Shown in pieces: positions 12,541 through 23,865 of a stretch of 64,000 nucleotides of DNA. Location: contig OY740797.1 in the NCBI GenBank assembly GCA_963514005.1, positions 17,422,001-17,486,000 on the forward strand. Direction: 5' to 3'. The stretch's first letter is position 1. Each line of letters opens with the position of its first letter. Source of the stretch: Raja brachyura (taxonomy: Eukaryota). A program made the position numbers and the translations under genes. Below the pieces are notes generated by a model. The model ran no database searches. It was not told where the DNA came from and saw nothing but the letters and a program-made list of their open reading frames with translations.

Positions 12541-15121
12541 GTGAGTACACTCTCAATGTGTGTGTCACATTCACCTTTGATCGGAGATGTGTGGGATACT
12601 GTGCTGGGTCAAAGCAATGTTGAGTGTGTCGTGCACAAGCAGAGTGAGGCGCAATGTCGATTGACGTGCACAATACTGTCAATATGATCACGCACAGGTA
12701 CAGGGTGGTATAATGCAAATCATGCTTACAGCAACATCACAGGAACATAGACCCAGACAACGCACAAAAATATTAGTGATACTTAAAAATTCTACAAGAG
12801 AGTAAAAAGAAAAAAAGACTGTGCAGAAAAACAGGACAGAATTAGAAAGTGCCGTTAGCATCATACCCAGAGAATGAAGATACTTCAGTGCCCATCCCAC
12901 TAAGGCAACTTCGCCCTCACATCACAACATGGGAAGCATGGAAAAGCAAGGAAGCATTAAAAGGAGATGGGAACCCACCCAGGCTGGAGGAACTGGGTAA
13001 TAAAATCAGTGGAAAGTTTGAGATAAGAGGTCAGGAACGTTTGAGGAGCTGATAGGCACTTGTGGCCAGAGAACGCAGTGGTTTTGGGAATCGACACGGA
13101 GTACCATAAGGGAGGCCCGTTGGCTCGCATGGGAATGGAAGTGTTGACGGTCACTTCATGAGCAGGGGGGCTGGAGTGAGGGCAGGAACATAACGGCAGA
13201 GACTTGAGGGAGGCAGTGGCTCACGAGGACTGCACCCCGTCAACTGAGTGCAGGGATGGCAAATGGAATGGATTCAAGCTCAAACTGAATGTCCTCACCT
13301 CACCCCCTCACTAAGGCCTGAGTTCAATTCAGATACAGGGGGGAAGGAGTGGGTGATGGAATAAGCGTGGAGAAGTGAGGACCTTCTGGTCGCAAGGCTC
13401 AGGGCACTTGCCCAGCTGCAATTTGGAGGACATGGCTGTTGCAAGGTCGCTGGTGGGAATTGTGTCCAGCAGAATTCCTGAACTGTTGTATTGTAGATTG
13501 AAAGGCATGGAGCATGAGGACGGGAGAAGCATTTGCAGCGTTTCAGAAATAAATTCAAGCAATATTGCGCAGCTGCAGAGTTAGAATGGAAGTGCTGGGT
13601 CGCTGTGTGTTGTACCGTGCATTAAGTCAAGGACTTTTGCTGATAGAATATGGAGAAGTTCAAATAACAGAGCGTAAGAGTCATTAAAGGGCATTCTAGA
13701 CAGGGGATACACCGAGTCTACGAGTTAGAGTTACACAGACCCTCTGCAGCCTCCAGCAGAAACTGGGAGATTACATGGGTGCTCAGACAAGGGAATAGAT
13801 GGTTTGTTTCTAATTAATTTGTAGAAGGAGCTGAATAGGTGAAAGCAACAACCTGTAGATTGCTGGTAACCAGCAGAGGGATCCCAATCAAAGAGAAGTG
13901 GGGAGAAGATACACAGCGGGAAGATTTTAGAAATGTGAAACTGTTCACTATAACTCCAGAATTCTGGACCTGTGGCTACAACAATGCCAGCCTTTGGTGA
14001 CATCTCGGCTCAATCTCATTCCTGGTTTTCACCATTCACTTGTGTTTAGTGGTGACATTTATAGCCGTTTTGTATTTGCTGTCGAAGAGGCAAATCTAGG
14101 AAACACAACGCTCTAAATCAAACTCTAAATCAATCACGAGTGGTTCTTGACCTTCCGTGACGGTAAAACAGGCGACTATGAGTGGGCAGCCATTTGGTAT
14201 CTCTTCCATTTGTGGGGAGTGATGCAAAATGGGTCAGAGCCTAGTTGTCGTCCAGTGTGTCTAGGATTGGCGTGTCAGCCTCCTGCAGTGTTCCGGTGTT
14301 GCCACCAGATGTATCTGCTGAGCTGCGATAGTGCTGTGGGGGACTCTGCTGGCAGAAGTTTAGTCCTGCAACGCCACTCCTCTCATTTTCAACTACTCAC
14401 CAGCCTCAGAAGCAAAATACTGCGGAAGCTGGAAATATTAACTGAAAATAAGAAGTGCTAGAAATACTGCACAGTTCAGGAAACACATACACCCAGGGGG
14501 AGAGCGTTAACTTTCGCCAGATTCTGATGAAAGATTATTGACCCAAAACATCAACTCTGGTTAAAAATAGTTAAAATAAACTCCTGCTGCAATAATCGCA
14601 TTGCAGGGGCTCCAATTTGTGCTTTAGTTACTGAGTGCAAAAGTGGAACAGATGTGCTCTCATGACGTCAACTAACAGGATCCCCCGCAACACTGTTGAC
14701 AAGCGCTGGCGTTAAGGGCATGCAGTCAGTTTGTGGGTTTCTTTTCTTAATTATATCGTGGATTCTTCATGTTTGCTCTGTTTAACAATTCCACTCAGAT
14801 TACGTGTAACTTTGCTGTTAATCTGGGCCTCAGCATGTGGTGAGGCTAGAATACATCCCAAGGAGACACAAGAGACTGCAGATGCTGGAATCTTGATCAA
14901 AGCACAAAGTGCTGGAGGAACTATATGGGTCAGGCAGCATCTGTGGAGGGAATGAATAGGCAATGTTTCAGATCAGGACCCTTCTTAAGGTGTGAAGGAG
15001 GGTCCCAACCTAAAACATCACCTGTCCATCCCATCCAGAGATGTTACCTGAACTTCTGAGTTCCTCAGACACTTTGTGTATGGATCAATAGGAAATCGTT
15101 TGCTGTAGAAGTCAAATCTAG

Positions 15122-16164
15122 TAGCAATGTTACAAAATTTTGAGATTTAAAAAATCAAGTATGCAATTTATCCCATCAGATAAAGCATAAAAATAAGTTT
15201 AATTTGACACCTAATTCAATTTCATATCTTCAGTATTAAAAGAGTTAGGGCCATTTTCATACTCGGAAATTAGCAACTTGCTTCCTATTGCTTTTCTATT
15301 GACTTGTCACAAAAGTTGTGATCGAGGACAGTCAAAAGCCCATAACTTCCTTAAAATTTAAGAGAACTGAAAGAAATTTTCAGTTATTATAGATTCAAGC
15401 ATTCTGAAACAAATATGAAACAATCTTACTTGGATGACCTGAAATGAAAGCATATAATTACTTAGTTACACAATTGTAGCCAATTACAAAATTCAATTAC
15501 TAGATCTAAACATTTATCAATTTCTTAAGAAAAAATTAAAAAAAAATTAAAGCCTAAGTGTCAAATTAACAGTCACACAATAATTCACAATAAAACATGA
15601 TTTTTAAATCTAATTGTCATTAATTTATAGGCCAAATTGAAGGAATTCAGTGTTTAATGCCTGTAAATTAAAGGGCATTTTAAACAGCTTGCGAGTGGGA
15701 TTTTATGGAACGCGCTGTATTGGAACGTTGCGGTTGCTGTGAATTTAAACCCCATATCAGCAGGAAAAATTCTGACAGTTCATATGGGGGCTAAATCACT
15801 GTTTCGCAACATGAAATTTTGATTAAAGTCCCCTAAAAAAGCAAGCTTATATGAAAAAATAAATAGCTTTCACTTACCTGTCCCCTACGTAAAATCGGTC
15901 CCCGTTGTCGGCATTCACGGCATTGGGAGCTAATTTTTATTTTACTGCAGCAATTAAATAGACGGACGATTTATTTTTAAAAACGGACTTACCAGCAGTC
16001 GGAACGAATCTCCAAAAATAGATCGCACTCCGAGAAAATAAAGCTCTGGATGGCAAGGGGAAAACCGCGTTTTAACCCCCCCCCCCCCCAAAGGCGCCAA
16101 AGTCGCGCACACGGCCAGCGGCAGAACTCCAGCACCGCTAAAGGTAAGTTTTGTAACATACCTA
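15122..16164. mobile_element. Non-autonomous hAT-like DNA transposon (about 1.04 kb)
   Basis: Imperfect TIRs TAGCAATGTTACAAAA ... TTTTGTAACATACCTA. Flanking duplication (A)AATCTAG at 15114-15121 and 16164-16171 (7 or 8 bp). No ORF. Confidence 0.7.
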
Positions 16165-16704
16165 AATCTAGGAAACACAACGCTCTAAATCAAACTCTAA
16201 GTCAATCACCGAAGATATGATTGCTGGAGTAAATCAGAGGGCCAGGCAGTATCTCTGGAAAAAAGTAGGTGGTGACGTTTCAGGTCAGAACCCATTTGGG
16301 TCTGAAAGCAAGAAGGGTCCCAACCCGAAACGTCACCTATTCCTTTTCTCTAGAAATGCTGCCTGACCAAGTGAATTACTCCAGCACTTTGTGTTTATCT
16401 TCAGTATAAAGCAGCATCTGCAGTTCCTTCCTATACCACTGGACAGGGAGACGCGCAAGTTGCCCGTCAAGGTTGCGGCTCCATTGGACGCTGTGACACA
16501 CCCACCAAGCAATGCCAAGTGCATGAAGTCGTTGTACTCAGCCACTGAGCTGGCCTCGAACATTGAGGCTTGAAAGTGGAATTTTTAAAAAATTATTCAT
16601 TCAAGGGATGTGAGCTTCACAGGCTAAGCCAGCATTGAATTGCCCATCACTATTTGCCATTGGGAAGGTGATGGTGAGCTGCTTTCTTGAACCACTGCAA
16701 GCGT

Positions 16705-17183
16705 ACGAGATTGATCCCTGGGATGGCGAGACTATCATATGAGGAAAGATTGAAAAACAAGGCTTGTATTCACTGGAGTTTAGAAGGATGGGGGGGAATC
16801 TCATAGTTTTCATAGACATATAAAATTATAGAAAAAGCTAGATGCAGGAAAAATGTTCCCAATGTTGGGAGAGTCGAGAACCAGGGGCCGCAGTCTTAGA
16901 ATAAAGGGGAGGTCATTAAATCTGAGGTGAGAAAAAATATTTTCACCCCGAGAGTTGTGAATTTATGGAATTCCCTGCCACAGAGGGCAGTGGAGGCCAA
17001 GTCACTGGATGGATTTAAGAGAGAGTTAGATAGAGCTCTAGGGGCTAGTGGAGTCAAGGGATATGGGGAGAAGGCAGGCACAGGTTATTGATAGGGGACA
17101 ATCAGCCATGATCACAATGAATGGCAGTGCTAGCTCAAAGGGCCGAATGGCCTCCTCCTCACCTATTTTCTATGTTTCTATGT
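16705..17183 (+). mobile_element. CR1-type LINE 3' end
   Basis: Encodes GLYSLEFRRM-like ORF2 C-terminus; GTTGTGAATTTATGGAATTCCCTGCCACAGAGGGCAGTGGAGGC; ends in a CTATGTTTCTATGTT tail. Confidence 0.8.
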
Positions 17184-17454
17184 TGAGGTGTGGATACACA
17201 CAAAATGCTGTCAGGGAGAGAGTTACAGGACTGACGCAGTGACAGTGAAGGAACGGTCATATATTTCCCAGTCAGGATGGTTTGCAGCTTGGAGGGCAAC
17301 TTTTAGGTGATGTTGTTCCCATTCTTTTATTGCACCCTTGTTTCTCTAGCTGGTAGTGGGTTTAGAAGGTGCTGTGAACTAATTCAGTCACTCACCAGGC
17401 CCATATCACCCAGCGCTAAGGATCTTATATCACATATTTGCTGAACCTGTTATA

Positions 17455-17755
17455 CTTTAGAAATACAGCGTAGAATCAGGGCCTTCAGCCGACCAAGTCC
17501 ACGCTGACCAATGTTTACCCGTACACTAGTTCTATCCTACACACTAGGGATAATTTTACGGAAGCCAATTAACCTACAAGTAGGTTTACAACCTGTACGT
17601 CTTTGAAGTGTGGGAGGAAACTGTAGCATCTGGAGAAACCCACGCGGTCACAGGCAGAACATACAATCTCCATACAGACAGCCCCCATAGTCAGGATTGA
17701 ACCCGGGTCTCTAGTGCTTTAAGGCAGCAATCTACTGCTGTGTCACTGTGCCTCC
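17455..17755 (-). mobile_element. tRNA-derived SINE (HE1/V-SINE-like)
   Basis: Reverse SINE body with CAGGATTGAACCCGGGTCTCT (B-box region) and GGGAGGAAACTG..GAAACCCACGCGGTCACAGG. Confidence 0.75.
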
Positions 17756-17869
17756 CTAATAGTAACGAGAGTTTCGCATCTCTCCGGTTCTCAAGGTTAA
17801 TAGGGGTGCCGGTGGAATAGATAGGTTGAGTTCTTTAAATGTGTAGTTTGTCTAAAGTGGTGAATACAC

Positions 17870-18535
17870 AGAGTAACAGCTAAAATACCACCCATGGATC
17901 ACCCAATATGGACTACCCATATTGAACCAATGGCCAAGAAAACACGCCAACTCCTCTACTTCCTTAGAAGGCTTAGGAAGTTTGGCATGTGCCCAACAAC
18001 TCTCACTAAGTTCTACAAATGCGCCATATAAAGCATTTTATTGGGATGCATCACAGATTGGTTTGGCAACAGCTCTACCCAAGACCGCAAGAAATTCACA
18101 CAAACCAATCTCCCTTCCATTGATTCCATTTATACCTCTGCAAGGCCACCAACATAATCAATGACAAGCAGCACTCTAGCCACTCCCTCATCTCCCCTCT
18201 CCCATCGGGCAAAAGAAGTGTGAAAATGCACACCTCCAGCTTCAGGGACAGTAACGTCCCAGCTGTTATCTAGGAACTGAACCATCCTACCCCAACTAGA
18301 GTGCAGTCCTGAATTATAACTACCTCATTGGAGACCTCAAACTATCTTTGATTAGACATGACTGGCTTTATCTTGAACTAAATTCCCTTTATCATGTGTT
18401 TGTACACTCTGGATGGCTCAATTGTAATCATGTATTGTCTTTCCACTGACTGGCAATGTATTGTCTTTCCACTGACAACAAAAGCTTTTCACTTTACCAC
18501 GGTACACGTGACAATAAACTAAACTCAAACTCAGA
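17870..18535 (+). mobile_element. Rex1/Babar-type LINE 3' fragment, degenerate
   Basis: Broken frame resembling FLRRLRKFGM..LT.FY.CAI..IL.GCIT.WFGNSS. 3' end with AATAAACTAAACTCAAACTC. Internal 20-bp duplication TGTATTGTCTTTCCACTGAC. Confidence 0.6.
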
Positions 18536-18994
18536 AAACTTTGAGGCACTTAAGTTCTATGGGATATTTCCTGTTCCCCGGTTGCAGCCTGCAAAACCCC
18601 AGAGATTTGGTTCCAGTGGCTGAGATCTTGTCAGGCAACAGGACCCAGGCAGTCTGAGGTTTTCATTCACCTTCCCTTAAATGACAGACCAACATTGGCA
18701 CGCACCCCGACCCCTGACCTCCGAATCGGCCTAGTTTCTCCTCCCATCCTGGTTCATGGTTGTCCAACATCAGACCAGGCCTGACCCAGACCCAGCCCTC
18801 TCAGCTGTTGCGCACCCCCTTCCCAGGTCCTGACTGAGCACTGTGAGTCCAGAATCCACCGTCCCCGTACCAATGGCAAGAATATAGAGAGAACAGGTGA
18901 AGGAGAAAACAGGTGGAGTAATGGAAAAAGTTATGTGAGCCAGCAGAGACACGACGCGGTGAAATGACTTTGTTTAACTTTGTGAGAACATTTG

Positions 18995-19240
18995 GAAATG
19001 GCCATCCTAGTTTCCTTTATCATCGATACTTGTTTGCTTTCATTCATTGTTCGTTATCTCTCTACATCATCGTCTATATGTCTCGTTTCCCTTCCCGTGA
19101 CTTTCAGTCTGAAGAAGGGTCTCGACCCGAAAAGTCACCCATTCCTTCTCTCCAGAGATGCTGCCTGTCCCGCTGAGTTACTCAAGCTTTTTGTGTCTAT
19201 CTTCAGTTTAAACCCGCATCTGCAGCTCCTTCCTACACAT
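18995..19240 (+). mobile_element. Penelope-type repeat with hammerhead-like core
   Basis: CTGAAGAAGGGTCTCGACCCGAAAAGTC at 19109-19136, followed by the shared terminal-repeat unit. Confidence 0.7.
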
Positions 19241-20236
19241 CCCAGATGGGTATTCCTTTCTACCCAGAGGATAAGCAAACAAGAAGCACTGATGCCACTT
19301 CATCAGAAGGGCACAGGCACAGCGTAACTCTGCAGAGAAACAGGCCCATCGATTCTGCGCTGACTATCATCTGCCCATTTACACAAATCCCAATTTGTCC
19401 TCCCCACATTCCCACCAACTCCTCCCAGATTCCACCTTCTTCCCGCACACTGGCGGCAACTAGATGACTAACCTCCACGGCACCAGAGGTTAGGTTGCTG
19501 GAGCTGTTAGGCAGCAGCTCTACCGCTGAACTACTGTGCTGTCTGCTGTAAGAGATAGTCAAAGTCATTCCACCAGGCAAAAGGAATTCTGGAAAATATG
19601 CCATGTAGAATGAAAACATTTAATGTTGTGCTACTTTTATCAAACCTCAAAACAATTGGTCCAGTTTTAACAGGACTGGAGGCGTGGACTGTCCAAGCAC
19701 ACAAAGGGAGCTGGTCTGCCTCCTGTGTGATATATTTATATTTAGTGCATGTGTTCCGGGTGGTTTGAATGAACCAACCTCCTCCAACCGATGCATCCGG
19801 CCCCAATCATGGAGACATTTCAGCGGATCCCAGAATTTGGAGATACCCAATGTTCTTCCCAATTCTTCCAGTAGGACATTCTGTTTGATGTCTTGCCAAG
19901 ATAAATCTTTCCACAATTTCCCTCCTTTAATTCCCTAACTTATTTGCTGTCAGGCTGTGAGGACCAGCAGTGTGTCAGCACCAACTCTCCGACCCCAGCT
20001 GCCCTGGAGATGTTGGCAGTGTGCCTCCATCGGCTCACATTACAAAGGTCTCACAACAGCGCAGTCGGAGTTCCACTATGTTGGCACAGTGACAAGGAAG
20101 GAGTGCCGAAAGCTTGGCAAATTTTGATTAAGCCTGCTGAATATTCTGGCTGTGATCCAAGATCCCCTCATTTATTATGGATTGTGAATCGTTCTTTCAA
20201 AAGCAGGAATCAGATTATTTTCCTATCAGATCCAAT

Positions 20237-20765
20237 TCATTGGTCCCAGCAGCAGTGATGTGTCCCCCTGTACTCTCTCATTGGTCCAGCAGTAGTGATG
20301 TGTCCCCCTGTACTCTCTCATTGGTCCCAGCAGTAGTGATGTGTCCCCCTTTACTCTCTCATTGGTCCAGCAGTAGTGATGTGTCCCCTGTACTCTTTCA
20401 TTGGTCCCAGTAGTGATGTGTCCCCCTTTATTCTTTCATTGGTCCAGCAGTAGTGATGTGTCCCCTGTACTCTCTCATTGGTCCAGCAGTAGTGATGTGT
20501 CCCCTGTACTTTCTCATTGGTCCCAGTAGTGATGTGTCCCCCTTTACTCTTTCATTGGTCCCAGTAGTGATGTGTCCCCCTTTACACTCTCATTGGTCCC
20601 AGCAGTGATGGGACTCTCTCATTGGTCCAGCAGTAGTGAAGTGTCCCCTGTACTCTCTCATTGGTCCCAGCAGCAGTGAAGTGTTCCCCTATACTCCCTC
20701 ATTGGTCCCAGCAATGGTGAAGTGTCCCCCTGTACTCTCTCATTGATTCCAGCAGTGATGTACCT
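20237..20765. repeat. Minisatellite, about 38-41-bp unit, roughly 13 copies
   Basis: Unit CTCTCTCATTGGTCC(C)AGCAGTAGTGATGTGTCCCCTGTA repeated head-to-tail with small variants. Confidence 0.9.
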
Positions 20766-21049
20766 TTACTTTCTGTCTTTTGATAGTTGATCTATTTTTA
20801 ATTTGACACAAAGGAAAACTCTATTTCTCAAAGTGATCTGACAACTGTGTTTTGGCAAGAGTTGATAGTCATGTCTCACTCTTGCCATGCACACACTGTA
20901 TAATGTATTTCATTGCTGTTGGACTATCTTGTGCCTTCCTGTATATAAGGGCACTCTAATACAGAGGTGGAAATTCTCTCCACTTGATGCTACCTGAGAT
21001 GAAGGGCGGAATTGAGTGTGCAAATCCCTCTAAATGGCAGCCGCATTAC

Positions 21050-21530
21050 CTTAATGGGGTAGACAGTCAGAATCTATTTCTGGTGGAAATATCAAATACA
21101 AGAGCACCTAGCTTGAAGGTGAGAGGGGCAATGTTTAAAGGAGATGTGCGGGGCAAGTTTTTTTACATAGAGGGTGGTGAATGCCTGGAACACACTGCCT
21201 GGGGTGGTGGTGGAGCAGATACGATAGTGGCATTTAAGAGATTTTTGGGTAAGCACATAGATATGGAGGGATATGGATTATGGGCAGCTAGATAGGGGTT
21301 GGACTCAATAGACAATAGACAATAGGTGCAGGAGTAGCCCATTTGACCCTTCGAGCCAGCACCGCCATTCAATATGATCATGGCTGATCAACCTCAATCA
21401 ATACCCCATTCCTGCCTTCTCCCCATATCCCCTGACTTTGCTATCTTAAGACTTGGCATCATGTTTGGCACAGGCATTGTGGGCCAAAGGGTCTGTTCCT
21501 GTGCTGTACTGTTTTAGGTTCTATGTTCTA
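21050..21530 (+). mobile_element. CR1-type LINE 3' fragment with a nested reverse CR1 tail
   Basis: TTTAAAGGAGATGTGCGGGGCAAGTTTTTTTACATAGAGGGTGGTG..CTGTTCCTGTGCTGTACTGTTTTAGGTTCTATG, with an inverted CAATAGACAATAGAC tail at ~21306-21445. Confidence 0.6.
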
Positions 21531-23309
21531 ATGATAAAATGATCATCTGATGCTGTCCTTGCTTTGCAAATTGGCTGGAATAGTAATGTACAACAGATTG
21601 CAACTAATCTCAGTGTGTTGACTCAGACACAGAGTGTTGGTGAGATTACAGAAAGGCAGGGGAGAATCACACGAGGAAGGAAAGAATGGAAGGCTTGAGT
21701 TTACATGAAGCCTTACCAATCTCATAATAAAACACAAAAAAAACTACAGATGCTGTAAATCTGAAATGAAAACAGGAAATTCTGGAACCACTCTGCAGGT
21801 CAGGCAGCATCTATGGAAAGACAAACTGAACTTCCCAGTGAACTTTCATCAGAAATGTTTTTATTTTGATGGGCCAAATGGCCTAATTCTGCTCCTATTA
21901 CTTATGAACATGATGCCCCAAAATGTTTCAGATAATCATGTAATTTTAAAGTGTGATCATTGCTTGAGTGTAGGAAATGCTGACGGCCAGTCATCTCTCA
22001 TTCTTTCATGATATTGGATGGGGATTAAATATCAAATGGGACATTGGGATAAATTCACTATCTCCTCTTTGAATGGAGCCATGGTTTCCCATGTGGCAAA
22101 CAGAGAAGGCCTCAAGTGTATCTCTCATTAAGAAGGTAGTATCTCCAGAAGGTTGCATCTCTTTCCCTCGACACTAGACTGCAGATTTAACCTGGATAAA
22201 GTAGTCATGCAACGCGGGTTAAACCATCAGGTCCCACTCAGTACAACCACTGAGCCATGTGTTTGATAATGTTGGGTATCTGTGCAACCTGCACTTGGCG
22301 GGACAAATTATACTCTCAGCGTAGGCAGGCAAGAGACCTATTTCCAGATGGTTATATGATTGGATTTTATGTTTAATAGAGAAAAAAAAATCTAAATGCC
22401 AGCAGCTCTCATGTCAGTACAAGAGTCATTGGCGCAAATTGTCCCAATCAGTGGCAAATGGTGCACAACACTGATTCCCCAGAAAGAACTAACGTTCTTT
22501 ATAGCATTTGGCTTCATCTTTTCCATGTTGATTGCTGTCAGATCTCAGCCTTAGGGCCCTTTTGAGATCCAGCAATGGTGATATTATCCACAGACTGAAC
22601 GGCCAATCCTATGGAAGGATTCTCACCCGTAAACCAGGGAAGAAAAAACTTCAACCACTGAGTATTAAATAAAGATTTGTGTGCACATGCATTGTTAAGC
22701 TAGAAGTTTTTCTTTTAATGTAATTTTTATTAAAGGAATATTAAAATAATTCTGAGGCTACGACAATCAACACAAATAAAACATGTTAAGATGAGGGAGG
22801 TTGTTAAACAGTAATTATAGCATGGTATGCCATGAATTCACATACCTTATGCAACAACATGTAACATTTATGGGGGAGAATTTTCAATGCCAAAAATACT
22901 TTGTAAGTACCCAAAACACTCATTATTCTGTTGAAATTTGATACGGGAGAGGCCTGCAAGGCAGAGTACCCCGCAGAGAAGCAGTGCATATCTGGCAACA
23001 ATATACGGATTTCCATGCCTCATTGCGAGGTCACATATTCCAGAGGTTGCTGTCAGAATTGCACCATTAAAACTGCAACCACTAATCTCGCACTGCTGTT
23101 CCTCCTGGCTATCTCCTGGCAATCATTCTCTAGCAGAATGATGTCCAGGCACTGTTCATGGCGGTGAATATTCCAACTGTACCATTAGTACAGGCCGTGA
23201 GAATTGAGAAAACCATGCAGATTAACAACTGATGAGGAATGTCGAAGGACTGCAGAATCAACAAGGCAGACGACTCTGATGCAATAACATGGTGTTCTGT
23301 GTAGATATA

Positions 23310-23865
23310 AAATCATACACTACGGAAAAGCCCTTTGGGCCATTGAATCTGTGCCAGTCATCAAGAACCTTCAGTGATAATCCTATTCTTCCCACATTAA
23401 TGCCAACTATCACCAGACTCTCTGCCTCACCTGCACATTAGGGCAATTTACAGTGAGTGACCAGTTAGCCTACCAACCTTTCGGATGTGAGGGCAAACCA
23501 GTGAGAGGTTTTCCCATGATGCTTAGGTTTCTCCCCTCATCTCAAAGATGTGCAGAAAGGTAGGTCAATTAGACTTTAGGAGGAAACCAGAACACCCGGA
23601 AAAAACCCACGTGGTTACAGTGAGAACTTACAAATTCCATACAGACAGCACCTGTAGTCAGTATTGAACCCTGGTCTCTGGCGCTGTGAGGCAGCAACTC
23701 TACAGCTGCGCCACCTTGCCACAATTGACCGCTGTAAATTAACTCCAGAGTTATGAGAATGTGAAGAAAATTTAAAAAATAGGACTACTGTAGGATTAGT
23801 GTAAATAGATGCTTGATGGTTGGCAGGGACTCAGTGTGCTGAAAGGCCTGTTTCCATGTTATATC
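23310..23865. mobile_element. Cluster of nested tRNA-derived SINE fragments in both orientations
   Basis: A minus copy (23570-23720: GGAAACCAGAACACCCGG..CAGTATTGAACCCTGGTCTCTGGCGCTGTGAGGCAGCA) lies inside a plus copy ending GGCCTGTTTCCATGTTATATCTC. Confidence 0.6.

Noticed and set aside
11896-12718. 209-aa and 160-aa minus-strand ORFs
   Set aside because: Antisense shadows of GC-rich GNAO1 exon 4 plus repeat sequence; no recognisable domain.
20237-20765. CRISPR-like appearance of the ~40-bp array
   Set aside because: No unique spacers, no cas genes, vertebrate context; it is a minisatellite.
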